The notes beneath the pieces were generated by a model. The model did no database searches. It worked only from the letters and a program-made list of their open reading frames with translations, and was not told where the DNA came from. 64,000 nt of DNA from an uncultured Gammaproteobacteria bacterium (GTDB taxonomy: Bacteria; Patescibacteriota; Microgenomatia; Levybacterales; GWA1-39-11). Location: positions 17,847-81,846 of the forward strand of contig CAYRUR010000002.1 of NCBI GenBank assembly GCA_964427615.1, written 5' to 3'. This document shows positions 49,389 to 58,320 of this stretch, piece by piece. The position numbers were made by a program, and so were the translations under genes. Position 1 is the stretch's first letter; each line of letters opens with the position of its first letter.

Positions 49389-49640
49389 AAATTCTAAACT
49401 CTAAATTCGAAATTCTAAAGAATATTGTCATCGCGAAGGAACTTTAATTCCTGTGACGATCTCTTTATTATCAGGGGATTGCTTCGCTTACACTCGCAAT
49501 GACGTTTTTGTTTACTGCCCTCTGCTTTCTGTTCTCTGCTTACTGTCTTCTTATTCCTGAATCTTAAATCATAAATCATGAATCATATTCATAATTCGTA
49601 ATTCTTACTTCTTAATTCTAATTCTTAAACGCTCTACGCT
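49389..49640. repeat. 7-mer tracts with a CGTC-type REP-like hairpin
   Basis: AAATTCT tract 49389-49419; hairpin 49426-49504 homologous to 21843-21927; TCTGCTT, TAAATCA and TAATTCT tracts. Confidence 0.8.
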
Positions 49641-50559
49641 ATTCACTAAGTGTTTCCTTAATAACTTCAATAATTTGAGTAAGAGAAAGTTTGGTAGGCA
49701 CAGAGGTAGGATTTTTAGAACTACCGTTCAGAAGCATTTTCTTTGATACGTGCAAAAACCAAGAAGCATCAGGATCCATTTTTCTTATTGCTTTGTACGC
49801 AGGTGTCAGGTCAATATCTGCTACTTTTCCCGCCTTGTCCTCATATTTTTTTCGAGGTTCAGGACGTGCTTTAATACGCACAAACCCCAAACGAGGGTCT
49901 TTGCGTACTACCAAAACATACCCTTTTAGTTGTGCCAATTTGAGAAGTGCATCCTGTACTGATTCTACTCCCACTGCCTTTCCATAAGGCGTATCAAAGG
50001 GAATTGCTTTCTCCTCTAACTCCTGTTCTGCAAAAACTCTTCCCTCAAAAACAAGGAGTACTTTGTCCAAGGCAGACATCACAAATTCTACACACCCCAA
50101 ATCGTCTTGTGGATTCTCCATTTTATATCCATCTATAATACTCTCAAATTGGAAATCATAGCGATAAGAAAATGAATCAGGAAAGTATACATCCTGAAAA
50201 TGGTCAGTATCTATCACCAAATCAACAATACGCTGTAATGCTTTATACCGTGTCTCCTGTTCCTTAAAGTTTTCATGTTGTTCTGCAACATAATCAAGTG
50301 TTCGTTTGGCAGCACACACTTCTCTATCACTGGTCTGATGATGATCCAAAGGTCCCATACCGGTATCTACCGTAATAATTTTTTTATCTCCTATTTCTTG
50401 AATTACCTGGTCTATCCCTTCCTCAGTTCCTAACATCCTTCCCCCTGCAGGGACAAATTCAATAATTGCATCTTGCCAATCTGGAAGAAATCGCTTTATG
50501 AGCCAAACAGAAGTAATTGCATCTAAATCAGGAGCACTGTGAGCAACGATGATTTTCAT
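49639..50559 (-). CDS. DHH/MYG1-like phosphoesterase family protein
   Basis: IVAH..PDLDAI, VDTG and DHHQ motifs; start chosen from -10 geometry. Confidence 0.7.
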   Translation of the reverse strand: MKIIVAHSAPDLDAITSVWLIKRFLPDWQDAIIEFVPAGGRMLGTEEGIDQVIQEIGDKKIITVDTGMGPLDHHQTSDREVCAAKRTLDYVAEQHENFKEQETRYKALQRIVDLVIDTDHFQDVYFPDSFSYRYDFQFESIIDGYKMENPQDDLGCVEFVMSALDKVLLVFEGRVFAEQELEEKAIPFDTPYGKAVGVESVQDALLKLAQLKGYVLVVRKDPRLGFVRIKARPEPRKKYEDKAGKVADIDLTPAYKAIRKMDPDASWFLHVSKKMLLNGSSKNPTSVPTKLSLTQIIEVIKETLSE

Positions 50560-50624
50560 AAGCATTAGTATACCATACTTTCCTCACCTCACCTTATCCT
50601 TGACTTTCTAAAATAATTTAACCT

Positions 50625-51044
50625 ATGATTAAAGAAGATATGGATGGAAAGCGCAACCTAAAACCAGAACTCAAAGAGATTTATGACAGGGTCATGAACA
50701 CAAAAGTAAAGCCTGGTACTCCAAAAGAAAATCCTCCCACTTCCTCCCCTGAAAAAGTGACAGCAACAGAAAATACAACTCCTACTACCCCACCACTAGC
50801 AACACAATCAGCTCCCACACCAACTGAAAGCCAACCACCCGTACAAAAAGACGCTGCTCCTGCTGATAAACATCTTCCTGCTGACAAACCATTCACCTAC
50901 TCCAGCAAAGACGCAAAAGATGGTAAAAAGACTACTACTATTTTAGGTATCAATAAAAGCCTTTTTATCGGACTTACCATTATTTTTATTATTGCCTGGA
51001 TTCTTGGATGGGGAGTCTTCTTTGGCGTTATTCCTCTTTTATAA
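50625..51044 (+). CDS. Hypothetical P/T-rich protein with C-terminal TM helix
   Basis: LKEIYDRVM N-terminal motif, low-complexity middle, hydrophobic tail. Confidence 0.7.
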   Translation: MIKEDMDGKRNLKPELKEIYDRVMNTKVKPGTPKENPPTSSPEKVTATENTTPTTPPLATQSAPTPTESQPPVQKDAAPADKHLPADKPFTYSSKDAKDGKKTTTILGINKSLFIGLTIIFIIAWILGWGVFFGVIPLL

Positions 51045-51068
51045 GGTATTTTCAGCTCAAACACGCAC

Positions 51069-52511
51069 CTAATAGGCTTGTGCAAAAAGCCATCTGTGTT
51101 TTGCTTCTTTCCTGCAATACACGCAAGCTCCTTTTTCCTCTTTTGCATTGAGAGGTAAACACCGAGTAGTTGCCTTCGTCTCTTCCTTTATCTTTTTTTC
51201 ACACACTGGGTCTTCACACCAGAATGCTAGTAAAAATCCTCTGGTTGTACTCATCACTTCTTTAAATTCTTCATATGAATTAATAACTCGAGTATTTTCC
51301 TCTGTAAACTTTTTTGACTTTTCAAATAAGTTTCTTTGGATTTTTCCAAGTGTATCAGCAACAAAAGTGGCAAGGTTTTCTAATGCGACGCTCTCTTTTT
51401 CTGATGTGTCGCGACGGTACACTGTTACTGATTTGTTTTCCATCTCCCTTGCACCCAACTCTATGCGTATTGGTACTCCTTTTAAATCCCATTCGTTAAA
51501 TTTGTACCCTGGAGAGTGTCTATCATCGTTATCTATCAACACTGCATCTTTCTCTAATCCAAGGCTTTCCTTAACTTTATGTGCATATGAAGCAATTTCC
51601 TCACCCTGATCTCCTTTTGCAATTGGGACAATAACAACTTTATACTCTGCCATATGGGGCGGAATTACTAACCCTTTATCATCACCATGCACCATAATAA
51701 GTGCTCCTAAAGATCTGGTTGAAAGTCCCCAGGAAGTTTGCCAACCGTACTGAGTATCTCCTTTTTCATCTTGAAATGTTACCCCAAAAGCTTTAGCAAA
51801 ATTCTGACCCAAGTCATGTGAAGTACAGCCTTGTAAAGCTTTTCCATCTGGCATCAGCATTTCATACGTATAAGTCACATCAGCACCTGCAAATTTTTCA
51901 GACTCAGATTTTCTTCCCGCAATACCATAAATTGCATATTCTTTCTGATACAAATCAATATATGCCTGTAGTGCCTCATCCACCGTTTTTTGTGCATCCG
52001 CGTGTGTTGCATGCACTGTATGTCCTTCCTGCCACAAAAACTCAGTATTACGCAAAAATGGATAAGGACGCAGCTCCCATCTGACTACATTTGCCCATTG
52101 ATTTATTTTCATAGGCAAATCCCTGTAAGAAGAAATCCAGCGTGCAAATGCATCATTGATAATGGTTTCAGAAGTTGGTCTTACCACAAGCGGCTCTGTT
52201 AACTCTTCTCCTCCACCCACTGTTACCACTGCTAGCTCAGGAGAAAACCCTTCTACATGATTTTTTTCTTTTGCTAAAAAACTTTCAGGAATAAAAAGAG
52301 GAAAGTACACATTGGAAGCGCCAATATCATGCTTTATCTTCTCATTAAGATACTGTTGTGCTTTCTCCCACAAAGCGTACCCATAAGGACGGAAAATAAT
52401 AGTTCCTCGTACTGGCCCATAATCTGCCAGCTCTGCTTTTAATACAACATCAATATACCACTCTGAAATGTTGTCTGATTTTTTACTAATGGCTTTTACA
52501 TCTTTTCCCAT
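51069..52511 (-). CDS. proS: Proline--tRNA ligase (archaeal/eukaryote-like type)
   Basis: RPTSET, EFLWQEGH, SHDLGQNF motifs and C-terminal ..AY. Confidence 0.97.
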   Translation of the reverse strand: MGKDVKAISKKSDNISEWYIDVVLKAELADYGPVRGTIIFRPYGYALWEKAQQYLNEKIKHDIGASNVYFPLFIPESFLAKEKNHVEGFSPELAVVTVGGGEELTEPLVVRPTSETIINDAFARWISSYRDLPMKINQWANVVRWELRPYPFLRNTEFLWQEGHTVHATHADAQKTVDEALQAYIDLYQKEYAIYGIAGRKSESEKFAGADVTYTYEMLMPDGKALQGCTSHDLGQNFAKAFGVTFQDEKGDTQYGWQTSWGLSTRSLGALIMVHGDDKGLVIPPHMAEYKVVIVPIAKGDQGEEIASYAHKVKESLGLEKDAVLIDNDDRHSPGYKFNEWDLKGVPIRIELGAREMENKSVTVYRRDTSEKESVALENLATFVADTLGKIQRNLFEKSKKFTEENTRVINSYEEFKEVMSTTRGFLLAFWCEDPVCEKKIKEETKATTRCLPLNAKEEKGACVYCRKEAKHRWLFAQAY

Positions 52512-52562
52512 ATGGCAAAATTATAACCAAAGACTACCTGACAAGCAACAAACAAAGAGGTG

Positions 52563-53480
52563 TTAGATACTTTCAGCATTCCATTCTCGAATGGCTGATG
52601 CAATTCTAGGAGCAAGCGTTATCACTTTCAGCTTTTCAAATTGTTTTTCCTTTGGTACTGCAATTGCATCAGTAACAAATACTGCATCAACAGCTGATGC
52701 TTGTAATATCTTTGAAGCATCAGCAGCCAAAAGAGGATGGGTTGCCATGACATATACCTTTTCAGCACCTTGTACTCGCAATGCGTCTACTGCCTGTACT
52801 ACCGTCTTCCCAGTAGAAATAATATCATCAACAATAAAACAAATTGGTCTAACCGTACCTTTTACTTCTGCAACTTGTATCTCTCCTGTCTCATAGTCTC
52901 TGTCTTTATTCACAATAACTTGTTCTACTCCACCCAACTCCCCAGATAACAAATCAAGTCTTCTAATCCCACCCATATCAGGAGACACAATGGATACTTT
53001 TTCCAAATCAGGCTCTATTTCTTTTATTTTGGCAGCAAAAAGAGGAACTGCGGTATCTGCTTTTACCGGAATAGAGAAAAGCTCTGGAATTTTAATAGAA
53101 TGAGGATCTACTATCCAAATCCTTGAAAGCCCTACTCCTTCAATAGTCTTGATAATTACCTCCAAAGGCACTGCCTCGCCAGAACGAAAGATATGATCAG
53201 CTCGCATATACCCCATGTAAGGTACAATTCCCGTAACAGAACGTGCGCCTTTATTGATAAAAGCATTGATAAGAAAAGCAAATTCTAAAATATTTTCCTC
53301 AACAGGATCAGCAAGTGATTTTATAAGGTAAATATCCTCACCTAATACTTCTTCCAAAACTCTGACTCGTTTTTCTTTATCAGGAAAAATATGAATTTCA
53401 GGATAAAACAGGGGAACACTTAGTGCACGAGCCACCTTTTCTGATAACTCTTTATGGTGTAAATCGCCATATAACTTCAT
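52563..53480 (-). CDS. prs: Ribose-phosphate pyrophosphokinase
   Basis: PYMGYMRAD, VSPDMGG and VDDIISTGKT motifs. Confidence 0.95.
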   Translation of the reverse strand: MKLYGDLHHKELSEKVARALSVPLFYPEIHIFPDKEKRVRVLEEVLGEDIYLIKSLADPVEENILEFAFLINAFINKGARSVTGIVPYMGYMRADHIFRSGEAVPLEVIIKTIEGVGLSRIWIVDPHSIKIPELFSIPVKADTAVPLFAAKIKEIEPDLEKVSIVSPDMGGIRRLDLLSGELGGVEQVIVNKDRDYETGEIQVAEVKGTVRPICFIVDDIISTGKTVVQAVDALRVQGAEKVYVMATHPLLAADASKILQASAVDAVFVTDAIAVPKEKQFEKLKVITLAPRIASAIREWNAESI

Positions 53481-53559
53481 AGGCTACAAGCGTCTAGCGC
53501 ATACATCCTCAAGCGTTTTAATAAAAGGATTACTAGACGCTTTTCCAACTAAAAAACGC

Positions 53560-53841
53560 TTATTTTCCTCCGAGAAGTCCTTGTAGTCCTCCTCCCATTT
53601 CCTGCATCTTTTGTGCAGATTTTTTCTGAGCTTTTTCAATTGCGTCATTAACTGCATCTCTGATGTCCATAGCCTCTTCATCATTGATTTTAAGACTCTT
53701 TACCTTCATGTCTCCGCTCATCACAATCTTTACTCTTCCCTGCTCGCTGGTTACTTCAATTTTAGCAAGCTCTTTCTGGACTTTCATTGCCTCATCTCGC
53801 AATTTTTTGAGATCGCTAACGCCTTTTAATGGATTAAACAT
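53560..53841 (-). CDS. YbaB/EbfC nucleoid-associated protein
   Basis: AVNDA..KA...MQEM.GGL; downstream of dnaX; strong SD AAGGAGGTGA. Confidence 0.9.
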   Translation of the reverse strand: MFNPLKGVSDLKKLRDEAMKVQKELAKIEVTSEQGRVKIVMSGDMKVKSLKINDEEAMDIRDAVNDAIEKAQKKSAQKMQEMGGGLQGLLGGK

Positions 53842-53904
53842 ATAAAAATCACCTCCTTACCTTGAATAACCCCATTATAACAACATTTTGTATTATTTGT
53901 CGAA

Positions 53905-54181
53905 GGGTGAGATGAGAGATGGTGAACGGGTTGGAAAAAAAGTTTATAAAGTAATTAGGAAAAAATAAACAGATATTTAGAATTTAACTTGCCAATAAAA
54001 TCTTAAAACTTTTAATTTTTGAGTTGTACTTCGATACACTCAGCATCCTGAGCTTGTCGAATGGATACTTTTGCATTTTGCCTTTTGACTCCGATGGAAT
54101 CGAGAGTCATCCTCGATATTATCGGGATTGAGTTTTAACTTTCTTTCCATACTTGATTCTTACTTCTTAATACTTAATACT
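53905..54181. repeat. Mosaic of 7-mer tracts and REP-like hairpins
   Basis: TTTTGCA/TTTTGAC and TACTTAA tracts; hairpins at 54029-54061 and 54091-54126. Confidence 0.7.
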
Positions 54182-55595
54182 AACTCCCTACTTTCACCTG
54201 CAATGTAACACTTTTGCCAATAATTGCTGAGGCGCATTTCTCAATAACTTTACGTGCCTTTTCTTCTGAAAGTTTGTCCCCATGAAATTTATAGGCTGTA
54301 GAAACAGTCAAAGCACTATCTCCCACTTCCACCAGACTACATCCTCGCAAAATTCCAGCAATAGAATGATTTTCTTGTTTTACACTATCTATGAGCTTTC
54401 CAAAAAGCTCTGCATTTCCTACTGAAACGGTCACCTGCTGTTTTTTAGGAGAAGCAGAAATAGTTGCTTGTGTTTTTTGCTCTGGCACTTCTTGTTTTAC
54501 TTCTTGCTTGATAGATACCTCTTCTTCTCCAAAACTCCATTTTATAATTGCTAGCTCAAGTGGCAGTTGAGGAATAACAGAAAACTTTATATCTTTATAT
54601 GCTTGATTAAATAATGTCAGCAGCTGCTCAAGTGATGAGGCTGAAAATGAAAGATCAGATGCCTTTTTTTCAAGACCTGCTTTTGCCATTAATAGCTCCC
54701 GCAAGCTTTCCACTACTCTTTCATTTACAATTTTAAAATCCACTCCCATACCTGAAAGCTCCTGGATAATTTCCAGTCCTTTCTTCCCATCTTTGCTGGC
54801 CAGAGCAATAATAAGCTCTTTTACCTGCGTATCAATACTCTCTGCTTTGTAAAGGGATTCAACAGTCTCAAGTGTTATCTTTTTACTCTCACCTGCTGCA
54901 AGTGCAAGTTCTTCCAAAACTTTCATCCCATCTCGAAATGAACCTTCTGCTAACACATATATTTTTTCAAGCACTGCATCCTCTATTTGCAGACCCTCTC
55001 CTTTTGCTGCTCGCATCACAGAACGGATAATTTCTTCTTTGGTAGGCTGTTCAAATGCAATGTGAAAGGTTCTGGAAATAATAGTTGGCAACACTTTCCA
55101 AACTTCTGTAGTACAAAGAATAAATACAACGTGGCTAGGTGGTTCCTCAAGTGTCTTGAGGAGTGCATTAAATGCCTCATTCGTAAGCATGTGGACCTCA
55201 TCAATGATATATACTTTTTTAGATAAAGATGAAGGAGCAAATTTTACCCGTTCTCGCAGTCCGCGTATTTCATCCACTCCTCTATTTGAAGCCGCATCAA
55301 TTTCTAATACATCAACATTTGATCCATTGGTAATAGAAATACATGCCTGACAAGTATTACAAGGTTCTATTGCCCCATTGTCTACTTGTTTTTTTCCACC
55401 TTCTGACTTTTTTTCGCAATTGATTGCTTTTGCTAAAATGCGTGCTGCAGATGTTTTTCCAAGTCCTCTGGAACCAGTAAAAAGAAACGCATGAGGAATT
55501 TCACCGCTTTTAAGAATTGCTAAAAGACGCTCTCGTACAGTAGTAAGATCTAAATCAGAGATTGTTTGAGATCGGTATTTTCTATAGAAAACCAT
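54180..55595 (-). CDS. dnaX: DNA polymerase III subunit gamma/tau
   Basis: YRKYR, G.RGLGKTS, EIDAASNRG, IIDEVHML and LLKTLEEPP motifs. Confidence 0.98.
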   Translation of the reverse strand: MVFYRKYRSQTISDLDLTTVRERLLAILKSGEIPHAFLFTGSRGLGKTSAARILAKAINCEKKSEGGKKQVDNGAIEPCNTCQACISITNGSNVDVLEIDAASNRGVDEIRGLRERVKFAPSSLSKKVYIIDEVHMLTNEAFNALLKTLEEPPSHVVFILCTTEVWKVLPTIISRTFHIAFEQPTKEEIIRSVMRAAKGEGLQIEDAVLEKIYVLAEGSFRDGMKVLEELALAAGESKKITLETVESLYKAESIDTQVKELIIALASKDGKKGLEIIQELSGMGVDFKIVNERVVESLRELLMAKAGLEKKASDLSFSASSLEQLLTLFNQAYKDIKFSVIPQLPLELAIIKWSFGEEEVSIKQEVKQEVPEQKTQATISASPKKQQVTVSVGNAELFGKLIDSVKQENHSIAGILRGCSLVEVGDSALTVSTAYKFHGDKLSEEKARKVIEKCASAIIGKSVTLQVKVGS

Positions 55596-55602
55596 AAAAA
55601 TA

Positions 55603-55637
55603 AAATACTAAATCCTAATACCTAAATTCTAAATTAT
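55603..55637 (+). repeat. 7-mer array (AAATNCT) x5 flanking the four-helix-bundle gene
   Basis: AAATACT AAATCCT AATACCT AAATTCT AAATTAT. Confidence 0.85.
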
Positions 55638-55642
55638 TTTAA

Positions 55643-56002
55643 TTAAGAATCAAGTTTTTTAATTATTGTTGCAAAAATTCTCATAAGTTCATTAGCTTCC
55701 TGAATCAGTCTTTCTTTTTCTGTTTTTAAGTCATCAGAAACAACTAACAATTTCAGCCAATATATAGTCTCTTTTGCTTCTTTTTTACATATCCTCACCC
55801 TGTGAATAAGATCTTTCCTACTTATTGCGTCGTTAGCCTCTATATAATTTGCTCCTATTGAACCTGAAGAACGCATAAGTTGCTGCATATCACTTACCAG
55901 CAATGAAGAAGTTTTAATTTTTCTAAGAAAGGATCTTATGGATTGAGCAAACAAAAAAGTTCTATCTTCTAAATCATAGTTATTATCAGTCTTTTTTTGC
56001 AT
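55643..56002 (-). CDS. Four helix bundle protein (TIGR02436 / 23S rRNA IVP-like)
   Basis: DLEDRT..FA, QLMRSSGSIGANYIEA and I.KKEAKET.YWL motifs. Confidence 0.93.
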   Translation of the reverse strand: MQKKTDNNYDLEDRTFLFAQSIRSFLRKIKTSSLLVSDMQQLMRSSGSIGANYIEANDAISRKDLIHRVRICKKEAKETIYWLKLLVVSDDLKTEKERLIQEANELMRIFATIIKKLDS

Positions 56003-56015
56003 TAATTCCAACTTT

Positions 56016-56043
56016 AGAATTTAGTGTTTAGAATTTAGAATTT
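56016..56043 (-). repeat. Inverted 7-mer array x4 flanking the four-helix-bundle gene
   Basis: AGAATTT AGTGTTT AGAATTT AGAATTT, the reverse complement of the AAATTCT unit. Confidence 0.85.
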
Positions 56044-56045
56044 TC

Positions 56046-56435
56046 CTAATCATGATGATGGCCTAACAGGTGCATGAGTCCGTGCTCAACTAATTCAGCG
56101 ACTCTATCATCTATCAGCATTTCCATTTCTGCTGCTTCATGCACCACAAAAGGATAGGAAATTACTACATCTCCTAAAATAAGCGTATCTTTTGGCAGAA
56201 CAGCTGCTTCTCCTTCAATTTGAGAAAAAGAAAGAACATTCGTAGTCTTATCAAGGTTGCGGTACTGCCTATTGAGTTGTCTCATCTTACGATCTCCAAC
56301 AACAGCAATAGAAACCTCAACAGGTCCTACCATACCGTTTTTCTTCAAAACTTCTTCTACTGTCTTCTTGATGCGCTTACGATCTACTTTGTATCTGCTT
56401 TCGACGAAAATGGGGACAGAAATAGTATTATCCAT
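56046..56435 (-). CDS. ybeY: rRNA maturation RNase YbeY
   Basis: LN.QYR..DK.TNVLSF, LGDVVIS and HGLMHLLGHHH motifs. Confidence 0.96.
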   Translation of the reverse strand: MDNTISVPIFVESRYKVDRKRIKKTVEEVLKKNGMVGPVEVSIAVVGDRKMRQLNRQYRNLDKTTNVLSFSQIEGEAAVLPKDTLILGDVVISYPFVVHEAAEMEMLIDDRVAELVEHGLMHLLGHHHD

Positions 56436-56613
56436 GGTATTGCTTTGCCATTTTTCTTGCGAGTTCTTTCTTGAATTTTTTAGCCAGTGATGGCTTAAGG
56501 TAAAATTCTCTCTTTTTCATTTCATGAATAATCCCCTCGCTCATAACTTTGCGAGAAAATTTTCGAATCAAAGCATCTTGTGAATCACCTGGTTGTTTTT
56601 TAACAAAAACCAT
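56428..56613 (-). CDS. rpsU: 30S ribosomal protein S21
   Basis: DALIRKFSRKV...REFYLKPS; start MVFVKK with SD 7 nt upstream. Confidence 0.9.
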   Translation of the reverse strand: MVFVKKQPGDSQDALIRKFSRKVMSEGIIHEMKKREFYLKPSLAKKFKKELARKMAKQYHG

Positions 56614-56709
56614 AAAAAAGCACCCCCTTTCATACCTCCTTTTAAAAAAGAAGTTATATACTGTACCAATTATATTACAAAAGAGGAGAAAAAGAAAATC
56701 CAAAAATAC

Positions 56710-57870
56710 TTATTTCCCCTTATTTATACTCTGGATCAATTCAATAATTTCTGTATGATCTTTTTCAAGATTATGTTCTATTATTCGTTTTCCTAATCGC
56801 TCTGCACCCCACAAACGTATCACTCCTCCCTTTTGAGGGTCTATAATCTGCTCAACACAACGAGCAACTAAGTACTTGAATTCATGAGCCGAATTTCCAG
56901 GTGAAAAGATTTGATTTCCCCATCTCTCAAACTGAGCCTCTGTCACTTCTATTTCAAATCCCAATTTTCTGGCTCGTCTTTTATTCAGTGCATGAGATTT
57001 ATACAATAACGCGTTAGAGAACGTGATGTAATCAAGAGGACCAATACCAGGCAGATGAATACCTCTAGGGAAATTGTAATAATAATCAATACCGCACAGA
57101 AGCTTTCTCTTTTTGTCTTCTTTTTTCAGTTTTTGAAATATTTTAGAAATCTGGGTAATATTACGGGTCTCAGCGGAATTTAAAAGAATAGAAGTTTCTG
57201 GGAAAAAGTGATATATGCGCTTTATAATTTCTAAAAGATACGCTTCACTCATGCGCCATTTTTGAGAACCAAAAGGAAAAAAGGGCTCATTTTCAGGCTG
57301 TAAAATCACAAAAGAAGAAAGTTCTTTTTTAGAGTACATTGCTGTTAAAGCAGACAACAAGCTACCTAAATACTCATATGCCTTTTGAGCAATGTAATCT
57401 TCTGGCATAATAACAGCTCCCTTTGCTGGTAATGGAGTATTTTCTAACACAATCTGTGGAATATGTTCTTCCGGCCATCCAAATGTTTTGATAGGACCTA
57501 CATTCAGGCAAATTCTTACCTTATTTTTTATGCAGTAATCCAAAAATGGCTTGTAATAGGAGAGATCCGCATTTCCTTTTTTATCAACTGCTCTATTCCA
57601 CCGGATACCAAGACGAATATCTGTTATCAATAATTGCTTAACTAAAATATCCAGGATTTGCAGAGCTTCATGAGGTGTTTTTAAATACCTTTTATTTTCT
57701 CTTTCATACATCTGCTCTACCAATTCTGGAGAAAAAGACGTACCAATCCGCACTTTTTCTAGCTTTTTTTTATAAAATGCCACATAAGCATCTTGTGATA
57801 AGTCTGCTCTTTTATGTGTTCTGTATTGTCTGGGAATATTAAAAAACCAATCACTGAGTAAATCAAACAT
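56710..57870 (-). CDS. Clan GH-A TIM-barrel glycoside hydrolase-like protein
   Basis: Q.ENEP acid/base and VTEAQ.E nucleophile-like motifs, LWG.E near the C-terminus. Confidence 0.75.
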   Translation of the reverse strand: MFDLLSDWFFNIPRQYRTHKRADLSQDAYVAFYKKKLEKVRIGTSFSPELVEQMYERENKRYLKTPHEALQILDILVKQLLITDIRLGIRWNRAVDKKGNADLSYYKPFLDYCIKNKVRICLNVGPIKTFGWPEEHIPQIVLENTPLPAKGAVIMPEDYIAQKAYEYLGSLLSALTAMYSKKELSSFVILQPENEPFFPFGSQKWRMSEAYLLEIIKRIYHFFPETSILLNSAETRNITQISKIFQKLKKEDKKRKLLCGIDYYYNFPRGIHLPGIGPLDYITFSNALLYKSHALNKRRARKLGFEIEVTEAQFERWGNQIFSPGNSAHEFKYLVARCVEQIIDPQKGGVIRLWGAERLGKRIIEHNLEKDHTEIIELIQSINKGK

Positions 57871-57905
57871 AGATCCTCCTTTATGGAGGATAAGTATAGC
57901 AGATA

Positions 57906-58235
57906 CTAAATTTGGGGACGACTTGCAGGTCCTATGAGATGAAAATGCAGATGATCCACAATTTGTGCGCCACCACCATTTACCTCAATTTTATAGCCTC
58001 TTGTATCTAAATTATTTTCTTTGATAAGCATTTGTATTGCATTTTTAATAGCAATTAACACATCATTGTCTTCTTCTTGCAACTTATAAAACTCAGGAAT
58101 ATGCTTTTTAGGGATAATTAAAAGGTGAACTGGAGCAACAGGATGAATATCTTTGAAAGCAATTACCTTTTCATCTTCATATTGGATAGAAGCAGGAATT
58201 TCTCTGTTGATAATTTTACAAAAAATACAGTCCAT
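57906..58235 (-). CDS. HIT family nucleotide-binding protein
   Basis: CIFCKI and HLHFH motifs. Confidence 0.95.
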   Translation of the reverse strand: MDCIFCKIINREIPASIQYEDEKVIAFKDIHPVAPVHLLIIPKKHIPEFYKLQEEDNDVLIAIKNAIQMLIKENNLDTRGYKIEVNGGGAQIVDHLHFHLIGPASRPQI

Positions 58236-58320
58236 TTCTTAAATTAGTCTAACCAAAATTGACTTTTTATGCAAGAATTCTCTTATTTCAAAATTAACAA
58301 TCTTATAGTATAATGCTGCT

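Noticed and set aside
54663-54669. In-frame A AAA AAG slippery heptamer in dnaX
   Set aside because: It lies near codon 310, inside the oligomerisation domain, so a -1 product would be too short for a functional gamma subunit. No stimulatory hairpin was seen, and A-runs are common here.
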